A stretch of 39,499 nt of DNA. It comes from a virus. Below, piece after piece: positions 9,432 to 18,644 of the stretch. The position numbers were made by a program, and so were the translations under genes. The notes below the pieces were generated by a model. It was given only the letters and a program-made list of their open reading frames with translations, was not told the DNA's origin and did not search any database. Every line of letters begins with the position of its first letter. The stretch's first letter is position 1. The stretch is taken from UHGV virus genome UHGV-0144131; one strand, written 5' to 3'.

Positions 9432-9980
9432 TTAAATCAGTGCTTCAGCATCAGCACCTTCGCTGATATCGTCGAAATCGTCAGCGCTTGCCACTCCGCC
9501 GCCAGCGAATGCATCGCCGTCTCGCAGGAACTGGACTCCGCCGAGTGAGGCATTAATGCGTTTACCGAAATTATTGTCCTGTGCCCAGATATCGATAACG
9601 GCGTTTACATAGCACCCTGCATAGGGACGTCCATCAGCCTGAATTAGTGGCGAACGATCGCGATCAAGAACAGCTGGGCGCGCTTTGTTAGCAGCGTTCA
9701 GGAAGAAATTGCCGGGAAAGCCTTCATACTCTGCTTTTTCATCACCATCATGCAGGCACAGATTGAGTTTTTTCTCCAGCTGGTTATAAATGGACTCCCA
9801 CTTCTCCCCCCATTTTTCCTTCGCTACCTGCTTCATAGCTTTACGGATTTCTTCCAGTTGTGGGTGTTTGGGAGACATTAAAAATACTGCGGAGAAACGC
9901 GGATCGCCTTCGCCGTTTACAGTTTTAGCTTCAAACAGAGACGGGAAGGCCAGACGAACATTGTTCAGCTTCAGTTTCAT
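9432..9980 (-). CDS. ssDNA-binding protein, T7 gp2.5-like (DUF2815-type)
   Basis: 182 aa, N-terminus MKLKLNNVRLAFPSLFEA, acidic C-terminal tail ending DDFDDISEGADAEALI, characteristic of gp2.5-type SSBs. Confidence 0.65.
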   Translation of the reverse strand: MKLKLNNVRLAFPSLFEAKTVNGEGDPRFSAVFLMSPKHPQLEEIRKAMKQVAKEKWGEKWESIYNQLEKKLNLCLHDGDEKAEYEGFPGNFFLNAANKARPAVLDRDRSPLIQADGRPYAGCYVNAVIDIWAQDNNFGKRINASLGGVQFLRDGDAFAGGGVASADDFDDISEGADAEALI

Positions 9981-9995
9981 GGGGATTTCCTTAAA

Positions 9996-11297
9996 TCAGA
10001 TGAGGTCTGCGGTTAGCGTATCGTCGGATACGTCGTCGAAATCATTTACAGGGTTGATATTGAGTGCGGGGCGTGGGTCTGACTCGGGAACGATGGTGGG
10101 TTTACCATCAGCTCGTGTTATCAGTGCCTCGACTTTTGACCAACGGCGCGGACTGGCCTTTTTGATAAGTTTTTCGGCTTTTGTGGGACTAATAAGTTTA
10201 AAGTCGAATACTTCTTCAGTTTTGTACCTGAACTGGTCCTTCAGAAGTGCGCGAGCTGCCTCTTCGTCACTCCAGGCCCGGTTACCTTGTTTTCCTGTTA
10301 CCAGTTTAAACCCCGGTACCGGATGTCCGGCATTGAGTTCATTGTGAACCCGGTCCCGTACTGCCTTTAGCCAGGATTCAATAAAGTCGGCCTGGCTATA
10401 GATCTCTGCAAGCTGCTCAATGGTTAACAGAGGTACACGTGCGCTGGCATTGGTGATTATTTCGCTGACAGGCTTTGTCAGATCTTCAAAATCGCTGGCC
10501 GCTGTTTGTAAATGCTGCATTTTCTGGGCAGTGCAAATAGCTTTTGCTTTACAGAAGCGGCACTGTTTTTCTCCAGGTATGAAGTTTTCCAGTGGTAGTG
10601 TCTCAATGCCTTCGCATTCAGCAATATTGAGAACAAGGATCGCACTGGTTGCGGCCTCCAGCGCCCGTTTACCGAAAGACTGAAGTTCCTGTACGGTTAA
10701 CGACCATTCTGAAACGTGGTTGAGCCTTGGTTGGTGAATAAATAATCTTACAGTTTCAAAGTCATACAGCATGCTGAATTGTTCAAGCGCACCCAGAGCA
10801 TACAGTTGTAGTTGCTCATTTTGTTCTGCATCAATGCGGACGCCTTTGCCATATTTCAGGTCGTGGATTTGTAATTCGTTACCAGCGATGATTATGCCGT
10901 CGGCAGTTCCGAAAGATTCTTCCACACCCGTTATATGTGAGAAATCAACACGTTGTTCAACCAATAGTTCATTATTCTTTGCAAGAGTCCAGACCGTATC
11001 AACATACCGGCCGACGGCTTCGACCATTTCATCATCCACCTGTGGGCCAGATGTATCATCAGGATTTTCGCGAAGGGGGTATGAGCCGAGAAACATAGAA
11101 ACATTGCATCCGGCGTAGTGTTCCGGGTGGCTTTGCCTGTTTCGTAGAACTTTTTCAGCAAGCGCGTGCGCTGCAGTGCCCTCGATTGCAAAAGTTGTTT
11201 CTTTATCCGGTTGTGTGGCCTCCAGCGCCAGACTTCCTGGGCAGCGCATCCATCGATGCGCTGATGATGGAGAAAGTTGTGCATGAACGTCTGGCAT
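9996..11297 (-). CDS. PD-(D/E)xK Cas4/RecB-like nuclease (DUF2800-type)
   Basis: 433 aa. N-terminal [15 protein letters not shown] is a signature I recall for DUF2800; C-terminal Cys cluster ([12 protein letters not shown]) resembles the Fe-S module of Cas4/AddB nucleases. Confidence 0.65.
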   Translation of the reverse strand: MPDVHAQLSPSSAHRWMRCPGSLALEATQPDKETTFAIEGTAAHALAEKVLRNRQSHPEHYAGCNVSMFLGSYPLRENPDDTSGPQVDDEMVEAVGRYVDTVWTLAKNNELLVEQRVDFSHITGVEESFGTADGIIIAGNELQIHDLKYGKGVRIDAEQNEQLQLYALGALEQFSMLYDFETVRLFIHQPRLNHVSEWSLTVQELQSFGKRALEAATSAILVLNIAECEGIETLPLENFIPGEKQCRFCKAKAICTAQKMQHLQTAASDFEDLTKPVSEIITNASARVPLLTIEQLAEIYSQADFIESWLKAVRDRVHNELNAGHPVPGFKLVTGKQGNRAWSDEEAARALLKDQFRYKTEEVFDFKLISPTKAEKLIKKASPRRWSKVEALITRADGKPTIVPESDPRPALNINPVNDFDDVSDDTLTADLI

Positions 11298-11299
11298 GA

Positions 11300-12202
11300 T
11301 TAACCCTCCAGTGCTTTTTCAGCCAGGGTGATTACTTCAGCGAGATTTTCATCCGTTACTTCACCAAGTTTCCTGGCTCCCTGTTTTTCCAGAATTGCAA
11401 TAGCTTCTGCCCGGTAACCCCCTTTTGCTAACTGGAGGATCAACCCTTCAGCTTGTTTGCGTAGTGCCGCGAAATCAATTGTATGGTCATCTTTGGCGTC
11501 ATTATTCTGGCTGGAATTTGCTGCGTCTCTGCGTGCAAATTCTTCCTGCAGCTGAAGGTACTCAACACGGTTGATCTCGATATGGCCTTTTTTAAGCATC
11601 TCGTTCAACTTGCGTAAGGTGTGGAGTTCACTGGCTGCTGTGCCGGATACATTTTTGACGTAAAACGGCCCCGTGCGTTCTCCATCTTTGTTACTGGCCT
11701 TTTTCGGCTTAACTTCATCACGCCCATCTGCAGGTGCATCAAGTAGCTGCTCGGCAAAAGCACGTCGCTCGCCGATGGTTGGCAGGTCGTCCCAGAACTT
11801 AAGAATGTTACGGGACAGGTCCAGGAGAGCAGGTTTAAGCAGCGCCCTGGCTCGTTTGACGCCCTGTAATGCGCTGTCGAGAGCATCAATCTGAACTACT
11901 CGTTTATCGCCTTCAGCATCACGGTAGGCAACAGCACGTTGCAGCATGTCTTCTGTGATAGGGGTGGCTACCGGGTAGAAACCAGCCAGTGCGATAACGT
12001 CGCTGAACTCCAGATCATCCAGTGTCATTGCCGCTGACATGTTTTCAGCTTCAGTTGCTGTATCCCGACATTCCTGCACTCGTGAAATCGTGTCAGGATG
12101 CATAACAATGCCTGATGCCATTGTGCGGATAAGACGTTCAAGCAGCGCATTATGTTGTGCCAGAAGTTGATTATTAAGTTCTAGACTGGTTTCTAAACTC
12201 AT
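11300..12202 (-). CDS. Hypothetical early-operon protein
   Basis: 300-aa ORF co-oriented and tightly packed with the replication genes; no motif recognised. Confidence 0.55.
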   Translation of the reverse strand: MSLETSLELNNQLLAQHNALLERLIRTMASGIVMHPDTISRVQECRDTATEAENMSAAMTLDDLEFSDVIALAGFYPVATPITEDMLQRAVAYRDAEGDKRVVQIDALDSALQGVKRARALLKPALLDLSRNILKFWDDLPTIGERRAFAEQLLDAPADGRDEVKPKKASNKDGERTGPFYVKNVSGTAASELHTLRKLNEMLKKGHIEINRVEYLQLQEEFARRDAANSSQNNDAKDDHTIDFAALRKQAEGLILQLAKGGYRAEAIAILEKQGARKLGEVTDENLAEVITLAEKALEG

Positions 12203-12381
12203 ACTGTGGTCCTCGCTACAAGGAGAATGAAAGTGATGATCAGACCGAGCGCAGTGGCAACGGCCAGACCGGTCATCAAATCGAAGTTTTTACGGCGATA
12301 ACGGAGAACATCGCGCCCCGTCAGTCGATGGATGTGTTCAGGTTTCATCGGTTGTATTCCTTTTTTCATATCGGGGAGCAC
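12199..12381 (-). CDS. Small membrane protein
   Basis: 60 aa with one C-terminal transmembrane helix (LAVATALGLIITFILLVA); 4-nt overlap with the downstream gene. Confidence 0.45.
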   Translation of the reverse strand: MLPDMKKGIQPMKPEHIHRLTGRDVLRYRRKNFDLMTGLAVATALGLIITFILLVARTTV

Positions 12382-12464
12382 GCTGTTGCGAGTGCGCTTT
12401 CAGACATAAAAAAGCCCGTCACGTGAGGCGGGCAAAGACTACACACAGCAATTACATGGATGAT

Positions 12465-12659
12465 TCAGTTGGTATTGTGCGTACGTGGTACCACAAGGTT
12501 GAAGCGGACACGCCAGTGCGTTGCAATGGTATGCAGGAAAGCACCACATCCAGGGCAGTGCTCATAACATTCGTTGATTTGGTATCGTTTTGGCTTTGGT
12601 GTCAGAAGCTGTGTTTGGCAAGCAGGGCATTCACCTTTGAGCGGTTTATACGTTTTCAC
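12465..12659 (-). CDS. Small zinc-ribbon protein
   Basis: 64 aa with two CxxC pairs (CPAC..., CPGC); GTG start with AGGAAA RBS. Confidence 0.5.
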   Translation of the reverse strand: MKTYKPLKGECPACQTQLLTPKPKRYQINECYEHCPGCGAFLHTIATHWRVRFNLVVPRTHNTN

Positions 12660-12981
12660 GCCGTTTCCTCATTCAGTTCACTTTGGTGGTTCGGCGGCTT
12701 CGACTTGTATCAGTAGACAGTGCTTCGCCGCACCCCAAAGGGAACTTACTGACCCGTATTGCCGACATCCTGTCCCGCCACGGTCCCGACGCATGGTTTA
12801 GAGTCGCGCCGTTCGACTTGTGGCTAAAGATACAATTTGAGTTGTATTGTGTAAACCACAAATGTGGTATTTTGTGGGGTGTGAATACTACTTTATTGAT
12901 ATTTAAGTGAATTTAATTTGTAAGACTTTACAAATGGGGTAAGGGAGGCTGTTACGCCTCCCGATATTTACGGTGGGAATA

Positions 12982-13605
12982 CTAACGTTTACGGCGGTAA
13001 ATACGGTGTTCGATCATTACACCTATGATCTGTAAGTTCATATCTGCACTACGAAAAATAGGGTAATCAGGATTTAGGGGGATTAATTCAAAGTCGTCGA
13101 TGCCGATTCCTAATGGACGGTATTTTTTAAATGTAGCTTCGTGACCGTCGTTTTTGGCGACAACAAACTCCCCTGGTGCAGGACATAGATCAGGATCGAT
13201 GATAACAATGTCTCCTTCTTTAAACTCTGGTTGCATGCTGTCGCCATCGATACGTAATGCGAAGCATGTTTCTGGAATGTCAGAGTCTGCCAAAATATAT
13301 TCAAATTCCCCTGTCAGATCTGTTATGTCTCTTGCTTCTGTAAGCTCTCCTGCCTGAACGTAACTTAATATAGGTATGCGTCTGGTACTTATCTCCGCGA
13401 GAGGCATAATATTTTTACCGTTCAGTAGCCAGTCTGGGCTACATTTCAAGGCCTTAGCCAGATCCAGAAGATTGCGTGGCTTTCTGGTTCGTCCGCTTTC
13501 GATGGATTCTATGGATTGTTGGCTAACCCCTGCAGAATTCGCTACTTCCACTTGAGTCATTCCTAATTCCAAACGACGTGCTTTAAAACGGGCTGCGAGA
13601 GACAT
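12982..13605 (-). CDS. cI: CI-like repressor (XRE HTH + S24 LexA-like peptidase domain)
   Basis: N-terminal HTH (MTQVEVANSAGVSQQSIESIESG) and C-terminal S24-like domain with GDSM and a downstream Lys. Start set at the internal Met (MSLAARF, 13605) so the operator palindrome lies in the intergenic region. Confidence 0.85.
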   Translation of the reverse strand: MSLAARFKARRLELGMTQVEVANSAGVSQQSIESIESGRTRKPRNLLDLAKALKCSPDWLLNGKNIMPLAEISTRRIPILSYVQAGELTEARDITDLTGEFEYILADSDIPETCFALRIDGDSMQPEFKEGDIVIIDPDLCPAPGEFVVAKNDGHEATFKKYRPLGIGIDDFELIPLNPDYPIFRSADMNLQIIGVMIEHRIYRRKR

Positions 13606-13628
13606 GGGATTAGTCCTTCTGGGTTGTA

Positions 13629-13650
13629 TTAATGTGTATCCCCACATTAA
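13629..13650. promoter_or_regulatory. Candidate operator palindrome in the cI-cro intergenic region
   Basis: TTAATGTG-TATCCC-CACATTAA, a perfect 8-bp inverted repeat between the divergent repressor genes. Confidence 0.5.
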
Positions 13651-13668
13651 AAACAATTTTTGTTGTAT

Positions 13669-13698
13669 TTGACAAACCTCATTTGTTGTTGCTAAATA
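13669..13698 (+). promoter_or_regulatory. Candidate PR-like promoter for cro and the rightward operon
   Basis: TTGACA, 18-bp spacer, TAAATA, about 28 bp upstream of the cro start. Confidence 0.4.
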
Positions 13699-13725
13699 CC
13701 ACTAAAATTGTATGAGGTGAAAGCA

Positions 13726-13938
13726 ATGACCTTAGCGACCCGAGTAAAAGAACGACGTAAAGAACTCAAAATGACGCAAGTTACGTTGGCTGAGCTCACA
13801 GGAGTGAGCCAGCAGGCAATAAACAGAATTGAAAGTGGTGTTATTGCTCGGCCACGTTATCTTCTTGAAATGTCTATAGCATTGGATTGCGACCCTAATT
13901 GGCTGTTGTATGGCTCACAAAACGATAAAAAGGCTTAA
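13726..13938 (+). CDS. cro: Cro-like XRE-family HTH regulator
   Basis: About 70 aa HTH protein (MTQVTLAELTGVSQQAINRIESG) divergent from cI; start at 13726 chosen for the GAGGTGA RBS. Confidence 0.75.
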   Translation: MTLATRVKERRKELKMTQVTLAELTGVSQQAINRIESGVIARPRYLLEMSIALDCDPNWLLYGSQNDKKA

Positions 13939-13941
13939 CCC

Positions 13942-16134
13942 ATGTCCGATAGCAAACCATGGGGAGCTACGCCTGATGAGTGGTTTCATTTCGACCTGGT
14001 ATTGGGGAGAACTGATCATCTTCTCCCAGTTGTATGTAACCCCAGTGCGACCATATCCCCTGATAGTAAACTGAAAGCGTTGGGTAAGACGCCGAGTCGC
14101 TATAACCGGGACCGCCAGGTCACCGGTATTGCTCAATGGACCGGGCATGTTGTTACTGAGCATGATTTTGCCCGCTGGTCGAATGAACCGGATTATGGCA
14201 TCTGCGTGCGTACAGGCCATGGCTGGCTGGCGCTGGACTGTGATAGCGAAGATGAAGACATTCAGGCAGATATTCGCAAAACGCTTGTGCAACGTCTGGG
14301 TGAGTTGCCGCCGCGACGCTGGCGAGCAAACAGTAATAAGTGTCTGTATCTGCTGGCCGTTGATGGTGATTTCCGTAAGCGTATCCATCGCCTGGCGGGG
14401 GATATGGGCATTATCGAGTTGCTGGCGAACGGGCAGCAGTTCGTTGCCTGCGGTACGCACAGCAGCGGCGCGCGTATTGAATGGGACGGCGGTTTGCCGG
14501 ATGAACCTCCGGCTATTACTGGTGAGCAGCTTGAAACGCTGTGGCAGCGCCTGGCTGAACAACTCCCTGTGTCGGTAACCACCGAAGCGGGCAACACGAA
14601 GATGCGCGACCGATCAGCATTCACGCCCGGCGCGACGGATGATACAGCTGAATATCTTGATGCCAATGGCTGGACGCTGCTGGATGGCGCAAATGGTGAA
14701 CGATATATCCGCTGTCCGTTTGAAGACGGCCACAGTAGCGGGGGCGATCCAACAAGCACAGTTTATTTTCCTGCGGGAACCGCGGGCTTTGAGCAGGGGC
14801 ATTTTAAATGCCTGCATGCCAGTTGTGCGCATCGTGATGACGGAGATTTCCTTAATGCCATCGGGATCCGCAACGACGATTTCGAAGATCTGACCAGCAC
14901 CGAAGTGGCGGAACCTTTACCGCTGCCTGCTTTCGAGCGTGATAAATGGGGGCGTATCGAGGCAACAATCAGCAACGCAGCCAAAGCAGTAGTACGCCCT
15001 GATTTTGTGGACATCGATATTCGCTTTGACCAGTTCCGCGACGAAATCATGTTTGCCCCTGCAGGATCCGGACAATGGCGGGCATTCACTGATGCGGATT
15101 ATGCGCGCCTACGCATCACGATGGAAAAGCGGGGATTTAAACCTGTTGGTCGTGAACTTATTCGCGATGTGGTGTTACTTGCAGCCGATGAACAACCATT
15201 CGATTCAGCGATCACCTGGCTGAACGGACTGGAGTGGGATGGCGTGCCGCGCATCGAATGTTTCTACCATACGCACTTCGGTACCGCCGACACGCCTTAT
15301 ACCCGTGCGGTGTCTATGTACATGTGGACCGCGTTGGCGGGGCGAGTACTGGAGCCAGGCATCAAAGCGGATATGGTGCCGATCCTCGTTGGTCCGCAGG
15401 GCTGCGGTAAGTCTTCCGGAGTGGAGGCACTGAGCCCTGATCCTGCGTTTTTTACTGAAATCTCTTTTGCCGAAAAAGACGATGATCTCGCTCGAAAAAT
15501 GCGTGGTCGGCTGGTGGCAGAGATTGGTGAACTGCGCGGACTTAATACCAAAGAGCTGGAGTCAATCAAAGCGTTTGTGACGCGTACTCACGAAAACTGG
15601 ATCCCGAAATACCGGGAGTTCGCCACCCAGTTTCCTCGTCGCCTGGTGTTCGTTGGTACCACTAATGAGGACGAATTCCTTGCGGACAAGACTGGTAACC
15701 GTCGCTGGCTCCCCGTGGAAGTGTCGAAAGTCGACGTGAAAGCGATAAAAAGAGATCTCCTTTTACTTTGGGCTGAGGCTCGTGAGGTGTTTCAGCGTCT
15801 GGGGGGTATCCAGTTCCGTGAGGCTGAACAACTGGCAGCGAGTGTCCATGAACAGTACACCATCAAGGATGCTTGGCTTGAAACGGTAGAGAAATGGCTC
15901 GACACGCCAGACCTGATGACTAATGAACTTCCGCGAAATTGCGAATTTTTACGCGCAAGTGATGTTTTGCGTGATGCGATTGGGCTAAATCCTGACCGCA
16001 TCGGAAAACGCGAAGAAATGCGAATTAGTAATGTTTTGCAAAATTGCGGGTATAAGCGTGCCCAAAGGCGAATTGGGGGGAAAATGACTCGAATTTTTGA
16101 GGCGGTGTCCCAACCTGTACCAACCTCAAAATAG
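13942..16134 (+). CDS. Replication primase-helicase (prim-pol-like N-terminus, VirE/D5-like P-loop NTPase C-terminus)
   Basis: 730 aa with Walker A (VGPQGCGKSS) and Walker B-like (LVFVGTTNEDEF) motifs in the C-terminal half; first gene after cro, the usual place for the replication initiator. Confidence 0.8.
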   Translation: MSDSKPWGATPDEWFHFDLVLGRTDHLLPVVCNPSATISPDSKLKALGKTPSRYNRDRQVTGIAQWTGHVVTEHDFARWSNEPDYGICVRTGHGWLALDCDSEDEDIQADIRKTLVQRLGELPPRRWRANSNKCLYLLAVDGDFRKRIHRLAGDMGIIELLANGQQFVACGTHSSGARIEWDGGLPDEPPAITGEQLETLWQRLAEQLPVSVTTEAGNTKMRDRSAFTPGATDDTAEYLDANGWTLLDGANGERYIRCPFEDGHSSGGDPTSTVYFPAGTAGFEQGHFKCLHASCAHRDDGDFLNAIGIRNDDFEDLTSTEVAEPLPLPAFERDKWGRIEATISNAAKAVVRPDFVDIDIRFDQFRDEIMFAPAGSGQWRAFTDADYARLRITMEKRGFKPVGRELIRDVVLLAADEQPFDSAITWLNGLEWDGVPRIECFYHTHFGTADTPYTRAVSMYMWTALAGRVLEPGIKADMVPILVGPQGCGKSSGVEALSPDPAFFTEISFAEKDDDLARKMRGRLVAEIGELRGLNTKELESIKAFVTRTHENWIPKYREFATQFPRRLVFVGTTNEDEFLADKTGNRRWLPVEVSKVDVKAIKRDLLLLWAEAREVFQRLGGIQFREAEQLAASVHEQYTIKDAWLETVEKWLDTPDLMTNELPRNCEFLRASDVLRDAIGLNPDRIGKREEMRISNVLQNCGYKRAQRRIGGKMTRIFEAVSQPVPTSK

Positions 16135-16289
16135 AGGTTGGTACATTTTAACTAATTGAATTTAAAGGCCAGTACCAACTGTACCATCTGTACCAACCTA
16201 ATTACTAAGAACCCCATATATATATATAAGTCGCTTGGGGAAAAGGTTTGAAAAGAGCTGGTACAGGTGGGTACAGGTTGGTACAGGCC
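16113..16289. repeat. Iteron cluster flanking an AT-rich tract; candidate replication origin
   Basis: At least 8 copies of a GTACC-core motif in both orientations (ACCTGTACCAACC, GGTTGGTACA, CAGTACCAACTGTACCATCTGTACCAACC, CTGGTACAGGTGGGTACAGGTTGGTACAGG) around (AT)n at 16216..16229, directly after the primase-helicase gene. Confidence 0.5.
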
Positions 16290-16415
16290 GAACAAGGAAT
16301 TTTTTGCACATAACAGCGTGTAATAAGCGAATCGGAACTGCGTTATCCACACCCACGGATAAACAAACGTGGTTCTCAGAAAATTTTTTCGTAGCAAAAC
16401 GTAGAGGTCAGAGCT

Positions 16416-16850
16416 ATGCGTAGTATTCAACAGGTTTTAGAGCGCTGGGGTGGCTGGGCTGCCAATAGCAACACCACAGTGAGCTGGGCTCCAATAGCGG
16501 CGGGATTTAAAGGGCTGGTAGTCAGCAGCTCGCCTGGCAGGCTGAGTTGCTGTGACGACGATGGCCTGATTATCGATGCTTGCGTCTGTCGACTGCAGCA
16601 GGTCCGTAAGCCTGAGGAACTGGACGTCATTATGCTGTACTACGTCTACGGGTTAAGCAAACGTGAGATAGGGCGGCGGCGTCGCTGTTCTGAAGGATTT
16701 ATCCGCCAGCAGTTGCAGGTAGCTGAGGGATTCATTGAGGGGTGTCTCTGCATGCTGGGTGTGAGCCTTCAGATGGATCCTGAGGTCGAAATTCAAAGGG
16801 ATGAAAAAAGTATTAGTGCGCTACGCAAAAACTGCGCTACGCTGGTATGA
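16416..16850 (+). CDS. Q-like late-gene antitermination protein
   Basis: 144 aa beginning MRSIQQVLERWGGWAA with a Cys-rich centre (CCDDD...C.C), matching my recollection of lambdoid Q-family proteins; sits just upstream of the lysis cassette. Confidence 0.75.
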   Translation: MRSIQQVLERWGGWAANSNTTVSWAPIAAGFKGLVVSSSPGRLSCCDDDGLIIDACVCRLQQVRKPEELDVIMLYYVYGLSKREIGRRRRCSEGFIRQQLQVAEGFIEGCLCMLGVSLQMDPEVEIQRDEKSISALRKNCATLV

Positions 16851-17129
16851 GTTGAATTTCTGACCTCAACGAAGAGCTCCAAATCATTGGGGCTTTTTTA
16901 ATGCTTTATTCTCAGTAAAAGTTAATAAAACAGGGTTTTCGTCGCGAAAAAACGCTATGCAGTTTTTGCCCTTTTTTATGCACCTTTTATTCACTCGAAT
17001 TTCGCCATTCTGGACCACTTAAGTTGATTAAATAGGCCTTTCATCGCAAATCTATTGCGAGCGGTGATCGTGTGGTTCCTATAACGTACATTATGTTAAA
17101 TAACTTCCTTTTTTAACAAATTTAACAAG

Positions 17130-17152
17130 GTTCGCTATGGCGAACTTTTTTT
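17130..17152 (+). terminator. Rho-independent terminator in the late leader (tR'-like)
   Basis: GTTCGC-TATG-GCGAAC followed by seven T, between Q and the holin. Confidence 0.55.
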
Positions 17153-17253
17153 GTATTCAGGGCCCACCGAAGGACGGCTCATAACCCAATCCTACGGGCG
17201 TATACGCAGGGCCCGCCTTTCAACAACACCCCGTAATGGCGGAGGTGGGAAGT

Positions 17254-17595
17254 ATGAAAATGCACAATGCTCCTCATTCCTGGCCTGACTTACTGGAACT
17301 CTTACAAAGTTGGTGGCGTGGAGATACGCCGTTGGGCGCAGTGGTTATGTCAATTGTTATGGCTGGCTTGCGCATTGCCTATTTTGGCGGTGGCGGCGGC
17401 TGGAAACGAAAAACGCTTGAGATTTTGCTCTGTGGTGCTCTGACGCTGACTTTTGCATCCGCTCTTGAGTATGTCGGATGGCCTAAATCGCTTTCTGTTG
17501 CCATTGGTGGTGGTGTTGGGCTGATCGGTGTCGATGCTATTCGTGGGGCTGCAATGCGAGTAATCGGTAACAAGTTTGGTGGCTCTAAGGAGTAA
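17254..17595 (+). CDS. Holin with dual-start motif
   Basis: Hydrophobic helices (AVVMSIVMAGLRIAYF, LEILLCGALTLTFASALEYV, SVAIGGGVGLIGV); GGAGG RBS before an MKM start as in lambda S105/S107. The longest ORF starts at 17236. Confidence 0.7.
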   Translation: MKMHNAPHSWPDLLELLQSWWRGDTPLGAVVMSIVMAGLRIAYFGGGGGWKRKTLEILLCGALTLTFASALEYVGWPKSLSVAIGGGVGLIGVDAIRGAAMRVIGNKFGGSKE

Positions 17596-17598
17596 TTC

Positions 17599-18075
17599 AT
17601 GCAGACACTAAATTCCCAACGTAAAGCTTTCCTGGATATGGTGGCATGGTCAGAAGGAACGGATAACGGGCGACAACCGACACGTAATCACGGTTATGAC
17701 GTTATCGTCGGAGGTGAGTTGTTCACTGATTACTCCGATCACCCTCGCAAACTTGTCACGCTAAACCCGAAGCTTAAATCAACAGCCGCAGGCCGGTATC
17801 AGCTTCTTTCACGCTGGTGGGATGCCTACCGCAAGCAGCTTGGCCTGAAAGATTTTTCGCCAGAAAGTCAGGACGCTGTGGCGCTGCAGCAGATTAAAGA
17901 GCGTGGCGCTTTACCGATGATTGACCGTGGCGATATTCGTCAGGCAATCGACCGTTGCAGCAATATCTGGGCGTCGTTACCTGGTGCAGGTTACGGTCAG
18001 TATGAACATAAAATCGGTGACCTGATTTCCAGGTTTAAAGATGCTGGTGGGGTGGTAAATGAAGCTGACTTATAA
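17599..18075 (+). CDS. R: Endolysin, lambda R-type lytic transglycosylase
   Basis: 158 aa, near-colinear with lambda R as I recall it (QRKAFLDMVAWSEGTDNGRQPTRNHGYDVIVGGELFTDYSDHPRKLVTLNPKLKSTAAGRYQLLSRWWDAYRKQLGLKDFSP...). Confidence 0.9.
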   Translation: MQTLNSQRKAFLDMVAWSEGTDNGRQPTRNHGYDVIVGGELFTDYSDHPRKLVTLNPKLKSTAAGRYQLLSRWWDAYRKQLGLKDFSPESQDAVALQQIKERGALPMIDRGDIRQAIDRCSNIWASLPGAGYGQYEHKIGDLISRFKDAGGVVNEADL

Positions 18076-18583
18076 GATTGTCATCGCGGCATTTTTCTTC
18101 TCTGTCTTTGGGGCGCTCGTCTGGTCTGCAAACCATTACCACAGCAAGTATCAGGCAGAAAAGTTGCGGGCTGATAAAGCGGAAGGTGAAGCTGAATATC
18201 AAGGGAAAGTGATAGCTAATCAGGCATTAAACTTCAATCGTTTTAACCAGATAGCAGAAAACGCAAGCCGATTAAATTCTCTGGTCGACATCGGTCACGA
18301 GAAGACAGTCATCAAATACCGTGAGGTTCTGCTCCGTGAAAAGAACTGTGATTTCCCTGTTCCTGTTGATATTGCTGTCGGGTTGCTCAACTACGCGAAC
18401 CGTTTACGCGCCAGCGCATTGCACGCCGATTCCGGGGACATTGACTCAGCCGGTGATCGTGCCACTACCACCAGAACGTTGACATATTGCCAGGCTGTTC
18501 TGTGGATTAACCCACTGTTGGCAGCCATCGAGAAGGCGAATAACCAGTTGGCTGGTGTCCGACAAATAGAACAGTCCCGGTAA
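18059..18583 (+). CDS. Rz: Rz-like inner-membrane spanin
   Basis: 174 aa, N-terminal TM helix (IVIAAFFFSVFGALVWSA), coiled-coil body, directly after the endolysin. Confidence 0.75.
   Translation: MKLTYKIVIAAFFFSVFGALVWSANHYHSKYQAEKLRADKAEGEAEYQGKVIANQALNFNRFNQIAENASRLNSLVDIGHEKTVIKYREVLLREKNCDFPVPVDIAVGLLNYANRLRASALHADSGDIDSAGDRATTTRTLTYCQAVLWINPLLAAIEKANNQLAGVRQIEQSR
18336..18482 (+). CDS. Rz1: Rz1-like outer-membrane lipoprotein spanin embedded in Rz
   Basis: Hand-translated alternate frame inside Rz: VKRTVISLFLLILLSGCSTTRTVYAPAHCTPIPGTLTQPVIVPLPPER, with signal peptide, lipobox LLSGC and a Pro-rich mature part. GTG start, possibly the earlier GTG at 18321. Confidence 0.65.
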   Translation: MKRTVISLFLLILLSGCSTTRTVYAPAHCTPIPGTLTQPVIVPLPPER

Positions 18584-18644
18584 TAGCATTACAGAAGCTC
18601 TTCCAGGAGGGGCTTCGATAATGACCTGATAACTGGAAAATAAA

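Noticed and set aside
12673-12910. Small ORFs 12673..12861 (-) and 12683..12910 (+) downstream of cI
   Set aside because: They overlap each other in the region expected to hold the leftward promoter and operators, with no convincing RBS or motifs. A small N-like regulator here cannot be excluded.
12966-13010. Direct repeats TTTACGG(T/C)GG at the 3' end of cI as possible operators
   Set aside because: They fall inside and just beyond the cI coding sequence and are explained by the repeated Arg/Lys/Tyr codons of the C-terminus (RIYRRKR); no independent evidence for a binding site.
16152-16430. ORFs 16152..16430 (-) and 16235..16423 (+) in the primase-Q intergenic region
   Set aside because: They span the iteron/AT-tract region and their translations are dominated by the repeat units (WVQVGTG from GGTACAGG). 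A non-coding origin or regulatory region is the better interpretation.
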